This document shows positions 1 through 9,600 of a DNA stretch of 64,000 nucleotides, one piece after another. The notes beneath the pieces were generated by a model. That model was not told the origin of the DNA. It made no database searches and worked only from the letters and a program-made list of their open reading frames with translations. The position numbers were made by a program, and so were the translations under genes. Numbering within the stretch: position 1 is the first letter of the stretch; the number at the start of each line of letters is the position of its first letter. Origin of the DNA: an uncultured Oscillospiraceae bacterium (GTDB taxonomy: Bacteria; Bacillota; Clostridia; Oscillospirales; Ruminococcaceae); contig UQMF01000002.1 of assembly GCA_900542145.1 (NCBI GenBank), positions 136,847 to 200,846 on the forward strand. The letters run 5' to 3'.

Positions 1-49
1 TCCTTTATCTTAAGTATAGCATTTTTCTCCGATGAATTCAATAGGTTAT

Positions 50-89
50 CTAATAAAAAACAGCCCCTCAGTAATAGAGGGGCTGTCAG
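50..89 (-). terminator. Rho-independent terminator downstream of the oleate hydratase gene
   Basis: GC-rich hairpin CAGCCCCTC-AGTAATA-GAGGGGCTG at 61-89. On the - strand it is followed by TTTTTTATTAG, the complement of 51-60. Confidence 0.6.
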
Positions 90-128
90 ACTGACGATAA
101 AGGCACATCTGCACCTTTATCGTCAGTC
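89..128. repeat. Perfect 15-bp inverted repeat (GACTGACGATAAAGG, 10-nt loop, CCTTTATCGTCAGTC)
   Basis: Read directly from the sequence. It lies between the ohyA stop at 138 and the terminator hairpin, giving a tandem hairpin arrangement. Confidence 0.6.
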
Positions 129-137
129 CGGGGAGTA

Positions 138-1931
138 TCATTCGATAAGTCCACTTTCCTTCAGCAGGATCTCCAGGTCGGTTCCCTTGACCTTCTTCAT
201 GACTACCTTGAGCATTTCCTTCTCGACAAAGGAGAGCTTGGCATCGGTTATCGGCTTCTTGTCGATCGCGTAATAGCACGCCTTCAGCAGCTCACGGACA
301 TCGTATTTGCTGCCCCATACCTCAGGCACGCCGCGGTCGATATCCAGCAGAGTGTAAACGGCTTCCATACCGGTACGCATGGAGTACTCGATGGTGAATA
401 TGGTGTCGCGCGGAGTTTCAGTGAACTGTCCCAGGAATGCGAAGTTCACGGAGCCATCCGGCACGATGTGTGGACGATCCTCGTTCTTGCGCGGCTGGAA
501 GAATGCGTTGATATACGGCATGAAGCAGGTGGTGGTGTTGCAGGCTTCTTTTGCAAGTGTGTCGATCTTGTCCTCGGGGACGCCGATGTGATACAGCCAC
601 TCGCGGCATACTTCCTCGCCGGTGCAGTCGCGCATTGCCTTCTTGACGTAGTTGCCCGGCTTGTTGGTGTTCAGGGAGTACAGCCATACCAGCACCATGT
701 TCTTGTCCTGGGACTTGAACTGCGGCTGACGATTGATTGTCCAGGAAAGATACCAGTTATCCATGCTGTCCTTGACGGTGACGATACCGCCGGTAGTTAC
801 CTTGCCCTCCCTCGGGTCGCGCTTGCAGACGTTTATGATATGCTGGATAATCTCCTCGTTGGAGGTAGCCACGGTGGCGCTCATCCAGTTGGTGGCGTCG
901 ATGTTGTTACAGAATGCGTCAGGATTGCCGTATTCGCCGTGCTCAGCCTGGGCAGCGATAGCCTTCCACATATCCCAGGATTCGCCGCGTCCGTCGTGGA
1001 GCTTTGACAGGTCCGGAGCGTGGTTCTGGTCGCCGTAGCAGGTGGAATCCGTGCAGCAGCCGTTGGTGATGAATACCAGGTCATCCTCGATGAGGTCGAG
1101 GGTCTGCTGCTCGCCGTCCTTGACGTAGACGATCTGCTTTGCGATCTTCTTTCCGCCGACGTTCTCAATTATGACGTTCTTAACGTCCATACCGTATTCA
1201 ATGCGCACGCCGTGGGATTCCAGATACTTTACCAGCGGCATGATAAGGCTCTCGTACTGGTTGAGCTTCGTGAATCTCAGTGCGCTGAAATCCGGGAGCC
1301 CGTCTATGTGGTGGACGAAACGGCAGAGGTAGCGCTTCATTTCAAGCGCACTGGACCAGCGCTGGAATGCGAACATTGTCTGCCAGTAGAGCCAGAAGTT
1401 CGTGCTCCAGAAGGAATCCGGCAGCACCTCGGAGATTTTCTTCCCCTCCAGATCCTTCTCGGGAGTGATGAAGAGCTTGGACAGCGCCATTGCGGATTCC
1501 TTGTCCAGGTTGAACTTGCCGTCCGTGTGGGCGTCCTCGCCGCGGTCAATGGTGGCGCGGCAGAGGGAGTAGTTCGGGTCGTGCTTGTTCAGCCAGTAGT
1601 ACTCGTCAAGTACTGAAACACCTGGAGTTTCCAGCGAGGGAACGTCCCTGAACATATCCCACATTACCTCAAAGTGGTTGTCCATCTCACGACCGCCGCG
1701 CATGAAGAATCCCTTGGTGACGTCGCGGCGTCCGTCGCAGCTTCCTCCGGCAAGCTCCAGCTTTTCGAGAAGGTGGATATGCTCGCCCTTCATCTGACCA
1801 TCGCGGACGAGATAGAACGCGGCGGTAAGTCCGGCAAGACCCGTGCCGATGATGTAGGCGGATTTCTTGTCAACGCCTTTCGGCTTCTCGGGGTGTGCAA
1901 ATGATTCATAAGTTCCGGCTGAGTAATACAT
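138..1931 (-). CDS. ohyA: Oleate hydratase (FAD-dependent, myosin-cross-reactive-antigen family)
   Basis: 597 aa. N-terminal dinucleotide-binding motif YIIGTGLAGLTAAFYL. Length and overall composition are typical of the MCRA/oleate hydratase family. AGGAGG ribosome-binding site 9 nt upstream of the ATG at 1931. Confidence 0.85.
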   Translation of the reverse strand: MYYSAGTYESFAHPEKPKGVDKKSAYIIGTGLAGLTAAFYLVRDGQMKGEHIHLLEKLELAGGSCDGRRDVTKGFFMRGGREMDNHFEVMWDMFRDVPSLETPGVSVLDEYYWLNKHDPNYSLCRATIDRGEDAHTDGKFNLDKESAMALSKLFITPEKDLEGKKISEVLPDSFWSTNFWLYWQTMFAFQRWSSALEMKRYLCRFVHHIDGLPDFSALRFTKLNQYESLIMPLVKYLESHGVRIEYGMDVKNVIIENVGGKKIAKQIVYVKDGEQQTLDLIEDDLVFITNGCCTDSTCYGDQNHAPDLSKLHDGRGESWDMWKAIAAQAEHGEYGNPDAFCNNIDATNWMSATVATSNEEIIQHIINVCKRDPREGKVTTGGIVTVKDSMDNWYLSWTINRQPQFKSQDKNMVLVWLYSLNTNKPGNYVKKAMRDCTGEEVCREWLYHIGVPEDKIDTLAKEACNTTTCFMPYINAFFQPRKNEDRPHIVPDGSVNFAFLGQFTETPRDTIFTIEYSMRTGMEAVYTLLDIDRGVPEVWGSKYDVRELLKACYYAIDKKPITDAKLSFVEKEMLKVVMKKVKGTDLEILLKESGLIE

Positions 1932-1976
1932 AATAAATACCTCCTGTGAACGGTTGGTTCCTTGGTTTCTGGTTAT

Positions 1977-2005
1977 ATTATAACCCGGAAAACGCGGTTT
2001 TACAA
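1977..2005 (-). promoter_or_regulatory. Candidate sigma-A promoter for ohyA (TTGTAA-17-TATAAT on the - strand)
   Basis: The -35 complement is at 2000-2005 and the -10 complement at 1977-1982, with a 17-nt spacer. It sits 46 nt upstream of the ohyA ATG. Confidence 0.4.
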
Positions 2006-2020
2006 TAAACAGAAAATCCC

Positions 2021-2045
2021 CCGTGATAAAAGACTTATCACAGGG
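2021..2045. promoter_or_regulatory. Inverted repeat CCGTGATAA-N6-TTATCACAGG, candidate TetR operator or weak terminator
   Basis: Near-perfect palindrome between the TetR stop at 2091 and the ohyA promoter. Confidence 0.35.
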
Positions 2046-2090
2046 AACGGAAGTGTATAAATTTTAATCAAAACCGCCGGATTGATAAAA

Positions 2091-2645
2091 TCACACCCGG
2101 AAGCGCGCCAGGGCGTAGGCGATGGAGCCTTTTATCAGCCGGGCGAGGCGGTCAACGATGGGCTTGGGGTCCTCACGCATGTCGTCCTTTATCCAGTCCA
2201 GCATGAGTCCGATGAAGATGTAGGAATATATCTGTGCGATGAAGTCCTTGTCCTCCTCCCGGACGGTCATGCCGGCTGCCTCCTCGTTAATGACGCCGAG
2301 AAGCAGGTCGTCCACCAGCGGCTTGAGGTATTTCTCCACCTGCTCCTGGTGGACGCAGCGGTATACGTTCATGATGAACGGCTTGTTCTCCAGCACCGCA
2401 GCGAAGATTTGCAGGAATCCATGCTGCCAGGTGTCGTAGGTCTTGTTCTCCTCCAGGGCCTTGCGCGCGTCCTCCATACAGGACCACTCCACCAGGTCGT
2501 AGATGTCCTTGAAGTGGTAGTAGAACGTCATGCGGTTTATTCCGCAGTCCTCTGCGATGTCGTTTATCGTTATTTTGGTGAGCGGCTTTTTCAGCAGCAG
2601 ATTCTTCAGCGACTGCTCAAGAGCGCGTTTGGTGACCTGTGACAT
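2091..2645 (-). CDS. TetR/AcrR family transcriptional regulator
   Basis: N-terminal helix-turn-helix region (TINDIAEDCGINRMTFYYHFKDIYDL) typical of TetR. The start was moved to the internal ATG at 2645 (MSQVTKRAL), which has a GGAGG 7 nt upstream. The tracked N-terminal extension has no ribosome-binding site. Confidence 0.8.
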   Translation of the reverse strand: MSQVTKRALEQSLKNLLLKKPLTKITINDIAEDCGINRMTFYYHFKDIYDLVEWSCMEDARKALEENKTYDTWQHGFLQIFAAVLENKPFIMNVYRCVHQEQVEKYLKPLVDDLLLGVINEEAAGMTVREEDKDFIAQIYSYIFIGLMLDWIKDDMREDPKPIVDRLARLIKGSIAYALARFRV

Positions 2646-2760
2646 AGAATAGACCTCCATATTGATTATAATATGATTATACCACTTCCACAGATTTCCG
2701 TCAATCCCACAGCCGATGTAAGTTATTACATATTTTTTACAGTGATTGCGCATTTTTATG

Positions 2761-2789
2761 TTGACATATCCCTTTGAATATGATACAAT
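2761..2789 (+). promoter_or_regulatory. Sigma-A promoter TTGACA-17-TACAAT
   Basis: The hexamers lie at 2761-2766 and 2784-2789, 34 nt upstream of the TTG start of the permease gene. Confidence 0.5.
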
Positions 2790-2822
2790 TAATATGGTTC
2801 GTTATTTTAAAGGAGGCTGCTC

Positions 2823-4304
2823 TTGAAAATAAAATGGAATAAGAAATACACTACGGTTGCCACATACGCCTTTATTGTGATCGCGCTGGCGGTTCTGTTT
2901 GTGGTGTTCGTGTTCCGGTTTGATTCCTTCTCGAAGGGATTTTCCTGGATAGGGACAGTCGCAGCCCCTATAATTTGCGGCATAGTCATAGCGTACGTCA
3001 TCAATCCGCTTGTGATGTGGATCGAGCGGACTTTCTTCCGCAAGCTCGTGGAGGGAACTCCCCCCGAAAAGAACATCGTCATGCAGAAGCTGTCGGAAAC
3101 CAAAGCCGGCGACACCGCGGTAGTCCGGGCGCTGGAGAAGCATTCCGCGCCGATGGAGAAGAAGCTGAAAAGGCGACGCACAGCCGCCAGGGCGCTTTCC
3201 GTGACAATATCCTACCTGGTGGTTCTTGCGATACTCGCCGGGATATGTATCGCGGTAGTCCCCAGCGTTGCCAAGAGCCTTATCGACCTTGCAGACCAGA
3301 TGCCGGGATACATCAAGAAAGCGGACGCATTCATCACGGATTTCTTCGCGAACAACGAGGAGCTTGCCGGGCTGATTTCCGATGGAATGGTGGAGATTGG
3401 TTCAGTGCTTCAGAAGGTGTCCGGTATGATACAGCCGATGGTGGGGGATATCGCGACGGTGCTGCTGAGCTTTGCCAGCGGACTCCTCACCGGACTGAAG
3501 AACGTTGTCATAGGTCTCATCATCGGAATTTACCTGCTGTTCAGCAAGGAGCGCCTGCTTGCCCAGCTGAAGAAGATATTCTTCGCGTTCTTAAAGAACA
3601 GCACCTGCCAGCGTATTTTCTATGTGGCTGGAAAGAGCAACGGCATATTCAAGAATTACATCATCTCCAACCTTATAGATGCCCTCATTATTTTCGCTAC
3701 CATGGCAGTCGGAATGGTGGCAATGGGAATGCCTTATCCCATGCTGCTTGCGGTAGTCTGCGGCGTTACCAACCTGATCCCGTTCTTCGGCCCGTTCATC
3801 GGCGCGATTCCCTGCGGAGTGCTGATAATCCTGGTGGATCCGGTCAAGGTGATCTGGTTCGGATTGTTCGTGCTGATACTCCAGCAGCTTGACGGAAATG
3901 TCATCAAGCCGCACCTGTTCGGCGAATCCATGGGACTCCCGGCGATATGGGTGCTGGTTGCGATCACCGTCGGCGGAAACCTGTTCGGCGTTGTCGGAAT
4001 GCTGCTCGGCGTTCCGGTGTTCGCCGTGATCTACCTGCTGTTCGCGGAGTTCGTTTCCGGAAAGCTCAAGAAAAAGAACATGCCCGAAAAGACTTCGGAG
4101 TATTCCGGCGACACATCGCTGTTCCTGGACGGCTACGAGGAGGTCCCTCCGGAGGAATCCACGGCGTGGGAATCCGTCCCGGCTGAAGGATCCGTCGCTG
4201 AGCCGGCGGAATCAGAAGCCCCGGCAAATCAGCCAGAGCCTGTTGCCAGGAAATCCACTTCCCCGGCAGGCAAGCACAAGAGCGGCTCAAAATCCAGGAA
4301 GTAA
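2823..4304 (+). CDS. AI-2E family transporter (PerM/UPF0118 permease) with an acidic Pro/Glu-rich C-terminal tail
   Basis: 493 aa and multi-span. Pro/Gly-rich segments (GPFIGAIPCGV) are characteristic of AI-2E permeases. TTG start with an AGGAGG 6 nt upstream. Confidence 0.75.
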   Translation: MKIKWNKKYTTVATYAFIVIALAVLFVVFVFRFDSFSKGFSWIGTVAAPIICGIVIAYVINPLVMWIERTFFRKLVEGTPPEKNIVMQKLSETKAGDTAVVRALEKHSAPMEKKLKRRRTAARALSVTISYLVVLAILAGICIAVVPSVAKSLIDLADQMPGYIKKADAFITDFFANNEELAGLISDGMVEIGSVLQKVSGMIQPMVGDIATVLLSFASGLLTGLKNVVIGLIIGIYLLFSKERLLAQLKKIFFAFLKNSTCQRIFYVAGKSNGIFKNYIISNLIDALIIFATMAVGMVAMGMPYPMLLAVVCGVTNLIPFFGPFIGAIPCGVLIILVDPVKVIWFGLFVLILQQLDGNVIKPHLFGESMGLPAIWVLVAITVGGNLFGVVGMLLGVPVFAVIYLLFAEFVSGKLKKKNMPEKTSEYSGDTSLFLDGYEEVPPEESTAWESVPAEGSVAEPAESEAPANQPEPVARKSTSPAGKHKSGSKSRK

Positions 4305-4313
4305 ATAACCTGA

Positions 4314-4340
4314 CAGCCCCGGAATCCGGGGCTGTTTTTG
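4314..4340 (+). terminator. Rho-independent terminator
   Basis: Hairpin CAGCCCCGGAATCCGGGGCTG followed by TTTTTG. Confidence 0.6.
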
Positions 4341-4393
4341 CGTGACATTGGCGTTGTGTTATTTGATTTCTACAAAAAAAGTTCTATTTTCTA

Positions 4394-4422
4394 TTGAAGT
4401 TTTGGGCAGGATATGATATAAT
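4394..4422 (+). promoter_or_regulatory. Sigma-A promoter TTGAAG-17-TATAAT
   Basis: It lies inside the tracked N-terminal extension of ORF 4394-6064. This supports the downstream ATG at 4541 as the true start. Confidence 0.45.
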
Positions 4423-4540
4423 ATTTGTAGCATATTTTTTATATATTAAAAAATGCCCGGTTTATCGGCAGAATACAAATAGAAAATCATGTCGATATAG
4501 GGTTTACAATCATCAGACAACGGGAAATTACGGTGACATA

Positions 4541-6064
4541 ATGGCGTTTGATTCAGATTTTGAGCAGAGAATGAGCAGTGCCCTGGAGGAATACCGCCGC
4601 AGCGACAGCGAAATGCGCATGAATGCGCCCGGCTCGGAGCCTGCTCCCAGACCAGAGGACAATCCCAGGCAGACCAGCGAAAAGAAGGAAGCGGTAGACG
4701 GCTCGGTGGAGATAACCTTCGACCCCGAGGGGAATACCGCCAACATGATACTGCACAAGCCGTTCAACGGCGGCAGACCGATAACTCCGCAGGGCGTTAT
4801 GGCGGAGCTTGCAAAAAAGGGGATAACCACCGGCATTGACGACCTTGACATCAAGGACATGGTGGAGGGCAAGGTGTACGACACTCCTATATGCATTGCC
4901 CGGGCGATTCCTCCCAAGCGCGGTGAGAACGGTCGCATAAGCTTCCGGTTCGAGAAGCAGCGCGTGCCCAAGCCGAAATATGACGAGTTCGGCATTGCGG
5001 ATTTCCGTGAGCTTGACCTGATCGTTCCGATAAAGAAGGGCGAGGTTATCGCGGATATAACTCCTCCCACTCCCGGAGAGCCGGGGCTGAATATTTTCGG
5101 CAGGGCGATAAAACCGGAGCCGGGAACCATGCCTAACATCACCGTGGGGAAGAATACCCTCATGACCGCCGACGGAAAGAACATCGTTTCGGCGTGCAAC
5201 GGGCATATAATCTACGGAACCGGCTGTTTCAACGTTGAAGACACCGTTACGGTGAAATCCGACCTGGATATCTCTGTGGGGAACATCACCTTCAACGGCG
5301 ATGTCGTTATCAAGGGAAACGTTATGGAGGGATTCTCCATAAAGGCAGGGCGCAGCGTCCGTATCGAGGGCACTGCATTCAGCGCTTCCATAAACGCTGG
5401 CGGAAACATAATCATCAATGGCGGCGCGATAAATTCCCAGATCGACTGCGAGGGAGATGTGTCGATAGGGTTCTGCGAGAATACCACGATCAAGGCTAAG
5501 GGAAAGGTTGAGTCCGCGCAGTTTGCTTTCTGCGACGTGTTCTGTTATGGGGAGCTTATCGCCAAGGGGCGCACCGGCGTGATCACCGGGGGAAAGCTCA
5601 CCTGCATGAAGAACGTCACCGCCGGAATCATCGGCTCGGAGAAGTACACCTCCACTGAAATAAATATCGGCGACGGCTCTGTGACCTGCGCCCGGAAGCG
5701 CGATGCCGAGGCGGAGCTTGCATCTGCTAAGACGGCGTATTCCCAGGCGGCGAAGAACGTGGAGTTCCTCAAGACGCGTAAGAAGCGCCAGGGAGGGAAG
5801 CTCACCGACGTACAGAGCAAGCAGATGAAAACCGAAACCCAGAACAAGGTATTCTTCTCCGTCCGCTGCAAGGAGCTGGAGGAGCTTATCTCCCAGCTTG
5901 ACGCCGACCTCAAGCACCGGGACGACCTGTGCGCCAGGGTAGGGACCGCGATTTACCCGGGCAGCCATTTCTGCATAAACTACCTTTCGTTAGATGTTAC
6001 TCAGGTATACAGCCGTTCCAGAGTCTGCGTCGTTGACAACGAGATACAGGTGGTACCGTTATAA
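4541..6064 (+). CDS. FapA/DUF342 family protein
   Basis: About 507 aa. The repetitive beta-rich middle region (GNIIINGGAINSQIDCEGDVSIG...) and the C-terminal coiled-coil are typical of DUF342. The start was chosen at MAFDSDFEQR. Confidence 0.6.
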   Translation: MAFDSDFEQRMSSALEEYRRSDSEMRMNAPGSEPAPRPEDNPRQTSEKKEAVDGSVEITFDPEGNTANMILHKPFNGGRPITPQGVMAELAKKGITTGIDDLDIKDMVEGKVYDTPICIARAIPPKRGENGRISFRFEKQRVPKPKYDEFGIADFRELDLIVPIKKGEVIADITPPTPGEPGLNIFGRAIKPEPGTMPNITVGKNTLMTADGKNIVSACNGHIIYGTGCFNVEDTVTVKSDLDISVGNITFNGDVVIKGNVMEGFSIKAGRSVRIEGTAFSASINAGGNIIINGGAINSQIDCEGDVSIGFCENTTIKAKGKVESAQFAFCDVFCYGELIAKGRTGVITGGKLTCMKNVTAGIIGSEKYTSTEINIGDGSVTCARKRDAEAELASAKTAYSQAAKNVEFLKTRKKRQGGKLTDVQSKQMKTETQNKVFFSVRCKELEELISQLDADLKHRDDLCARVGTAIYPGSHFCINYLSLDVTQVYSRSRVCVVDNEIQVVPL

Positions 6065-6141
6065 AATTATATCCGCTCCGGCATGAGCCTGGGCGGATAA
6101 TGATTACGCAAGAATGTAAACGATTAATCGGAGCACTGAAC

Positions 6142-6696
6142 ATGACTGACAAAAGACTTATCCGCACATGGAGCGGAGTTTTCTTCTCTCCGCTGGAACC
6201 CCACCCGGAGGATATCTGCCCGGAGGACATCGCTCATGCGCTGTCCCTGCTGTGCAGGGCGAACGGGCACTTCCGGTGCTTCTATTCGGTGGGGCAGCAC
6301 TGCCTTGCCTGTGAAGCCGAAGCGCACGCCGCCGGACTTCCGCGCAGCGTCCGTATTGCATGCCTGCTGCACGACGCCAGCGAAGCGTACATCTCGGATA
6401 TTACGCGCCCGGTGAAGTTGGGGCTTCCGGAATACCGCGTGATAGAGAAGCGGCTCCAGGACACGATATACCGGCGCTTCGGGATAGACCCGGAGGATTC
6501 CGCGGTGATGTCCGAGGTAAGCCGTATTGACGATACTATGCTGTATCATGAATTCCTGGCGCTTGGCGGCTGCGCCCTGTTCGATGAGGCACCGCCGAAG
6601 ATTACCGACCCGGAATTCGCGTTCCGCCCTTTTGACGAGGTGGAGGTGCAGTACCTGAAAACACTCATGGAACTTTTAAATTCGGAGGAACAATAA
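6142..6696 (+). CDS. HD-domain phosphohydrolase
   Basis: Contains an H...HD motif (LLHDASEAYISDI). GGAG lies 8 nt upstream of the ATG at 6142. There is a 1-nt TAATG overlap with the downstream GH2 gene. Confidence 0.6.
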   Translation: MTDKRLIRTWSGVFFSPLEPHPEDICPEDIAHALSLLCRANGHFRCFYSVGQHCLACEAEAHAAGLPRSVRIACLLHDASEAYISDITRPVKLGLPEYRVIEKRLQDTIYRRFGIDPEDSAVMSEVSRIDDTMLYHEFLALGGCALFDEAPPKITDPEFAFRPFDEVEVQYLKTLMELLNSEEQ

Positions 6697-9600
6697 TGAC
6701 CGCGACCAACAGACTTTTTAACGACGGCTGGCAGTTCTGCCTGTGCGATATCGGCACCGGGATATCCTCCCTGGAGGGGAAGCGCTGGTACGACGTGGAA
6801 TTACCGCACGACTGGCTGGTAAATGACACTGCAAACCTATACAAAACCGGCGAGGGCTGGTACCGCCGCAATCTGGATTGCACCGCCGGAATGCTGTCCG
6901 GGCGTGTGCTGCTGAATTTCGACGGGGTGTACATGAACTCCACCGTGTACGTCAACGGCAGGGAAGCCGGCAGCTGGACCTACGGCTATTCCGCGTTCGA
7001 GTTCGATATCACCGACTTCCTCCGGGAGGGCAGCAACGAGATCATGGTGCGCGTTCAGCATGAAGCGCCGAACACGAGATGGTATTCCGGCGCCGGAATA
7101 TTCCGCGATGTCACGCTGAAACTCCGCCCCGGAACCTATATCCGCACGAATGGCGTGTATATCCACTCCGACAAGCAGGAATCCGGCTGGAACACTGAGG
7201 TCGAAACCGACGTAGTGGGACTGGCTGCGGATATCCGCATGGTGATGGAGGTCATCGACCCCTACGGGAATGTCGCCGCGGCAGGCAGCCTTGAGGCGAA
7301 TTTCGGCGGCGGTGAGGAAACCTTCTCCACCAGCTTCGCCAACAGCGACCCTGTTCTGTGGGATATTGACGACCCTATGCTGTACACGCTGCGGATAAGC
7401 CTATACAGCGGCGAGGAACTCCTGGACTGCGTGAGCGAGAATTTCGGCTACCGCACGACGGAATTCAGCCCGGACAGGGGATTCCTGATCAACGGCAGGG
7501 AAGTGAAAATGCACGGCGTATGCATGCACCACGACCTGGGCGCACTGGGAGCCGCGATGAACACCTCCGCGCTCACCCGTCAGCTGAGGATAATGAAGGA
7601 AATGGGCGTCAACGCTATTCGCACCTCCCACAATATGCCGGCGCGGCAGTTGGTGCAGCTTTGCGATGAGATGGGACTGCTGGTGGACAGCGAAGCCTTC
7701 GATATGTGGGAGAAACCCAAGACGGAGATGGACAACCACCGCTTTTTCGTGGAGCATGCCGAGCGCGATGTCCGCAGCTGGATAGAGCGCGACCGCAATC
7801 ACCCCTGTGTGATAATGTGGAGCATAGGAAACGAGATAAACGACACCATCGATCCCCACGGACTGGATATCACCAGACGGCTGTATGACTACGTTCAGAA
7901 GTACGACCCCAAGGGGAATGCCGCCGCGACGATAGGCTCCAACTACATGGGCGACGAGAATGCGCAGAAGTGCTCCGATGTGGTGAAGCTTGCCGGGTAT
8001 AACTACTCCGAGTACCTCTATGACGAGCACCATGCGAAGTATCCCGACTGGTTCATCTATGGCAGCGAAACTGCTTCCGCAGTGCGCTCAAGAGGAATTT
8101 ACAGATTCCCGGCGGATACTCCGTCCCTTACCGGGGTGGACTACCAGTGCTCCTCCCTGGATAACAGCGTGGTGGGCTGGGGCTCTTCCGCGATGAAATC
8201 CTGGCGGCTGGACCGCGACTGCGGATTCTGCGGCGGTCAGTTCATCTGGACCGGATTCGACTACATCGGCGAGCCAACGCCGTACAATACCAAGAACAGC
8301 TATTTTGGCATAGTTGACACCGCCGGATTCCCCAAGGATATCTACTATTTCTATCAGAGCGTGTGGCTTTCTCCGGAGCAGAAAAAGGTACTGCACATCG
8401 TACCCTCCTGCTGGGATTTCACCCCCGGACAGGCGGTAGACGTTATTGTCTACAGCAACGCGCACCACGTTGACCTGTTCCTTAACGGAGAGCATATCGG
8501 CAGCCATGTTATGAATCTCGACACGGACGCGGAAATGCGCGCGCATTTCACCGTGCCATTTCAGCCGGGAGTTGTCCGCGCAGTAGGCGCCTATGAGGAC
8601 GGCAGCGAGATTTCTGAGGTGCTGCGTACTCCGGCTGACCCGGCGGCGGTAGTCCTGAGGGCTGACCGGGATTCCCTGATGGCGGACGGAAGGGACATCG
8701 CATTCGTTGAGATATCCGCGGCGGACGTGAATGGCGTGGAGGTCGGAAATGCGCGCAACCGCATAAAGGTGGAGGTATCCGGAGCCGGACGTCTTGTCGG
8801 ACTGGACAACGGCGATTCCACGGATTACGACAGCTACAAGGGCGACAACCGCAGGCTGTTTTCCGGAAAGCTGCTGGCTATGGTGGAGAGCACGCTGGAA
8901 TCCGGCGATATCGTGGTGCGCGCGTATTCCGAGGGGCTGGAGCCTGCGGAGATCACGCTGCGCGCAGAGGACTGCGGCAGCCCGGAGGGTGTGAGCGTAG
9001 TCAGTGAGAACGGATTCCCGGCTGCGCAGACGGAATACACCCGGGAGATTCCGGCGCGCCGCCTGGTTCCGGTAACGGATTCCTCCGTATTCACCCCGGA
9101 GCGCCCCACCGGTGAGCTGCGCGTGAAGCTGTTTCCGGAGGGCTGTACTTACAGCGACATCAAGTGGAGTGTAGTCCGCCGGAACGGCGTTGAAAGCAAC
9201 CTTGCCACGGTGGAGTGGGACGGCGAAAAGGCGCTCGTCACTGCAAAGGGCGACGGGGAATTCTGCGTGCGTGCGATGGTGCATAACGGCGCTGAGCATC
9301 CACAGGTCATCGAGGATATCTCGTTCCGCGCGGAGGGGCTGGGAGCCGCATTCAAGGACGCCTACGGATTCATCAGCGCGAACACTCTCGACAGCTCCAA
9401 TGTGCCGACCAACATGATAGAGGACGGCGCAATATCCAACTTTGACGGGCGTACTGTCATGACGTACAAGGACGTGGACTTCGGAAAGACCGGCTCGGAG
9501 ATAGTGTCGATAAACATAGGAGCGTGCTTTGACGTGCCCGTGGAGGTCTGGGAGGGAATCCCCGGCGAGGGAACTCTGCTTTGCAGCGTGAAATTTGGCA

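Noticed and set aside
2662-2685. Direct repeat TGATTATA x2 in the TetR/permease divergent region as a possible operator
   Set aside because: It overlaps the likely -10 region of the TetR promoter on the - strand, and its AT-rich repetition may simply reflect promoter sequence. The palindrome at 2021-2045 is the better operator candidate.
4394-4540. Tracked N-terminal extension of the FapA ORF (MKFWAGYDIIF...)
   Set aside because: It contains the TTGAAG-17-TATAAT promoter and an AT-rich leader. The downstream ATG at 4541 is the plausible start.
4553-5968. 471-aa - strand ORF opposite the FapA/DUF342 gene
   Set aside because: Antisense artefact. The FapA repeats on the + strand are convincing.
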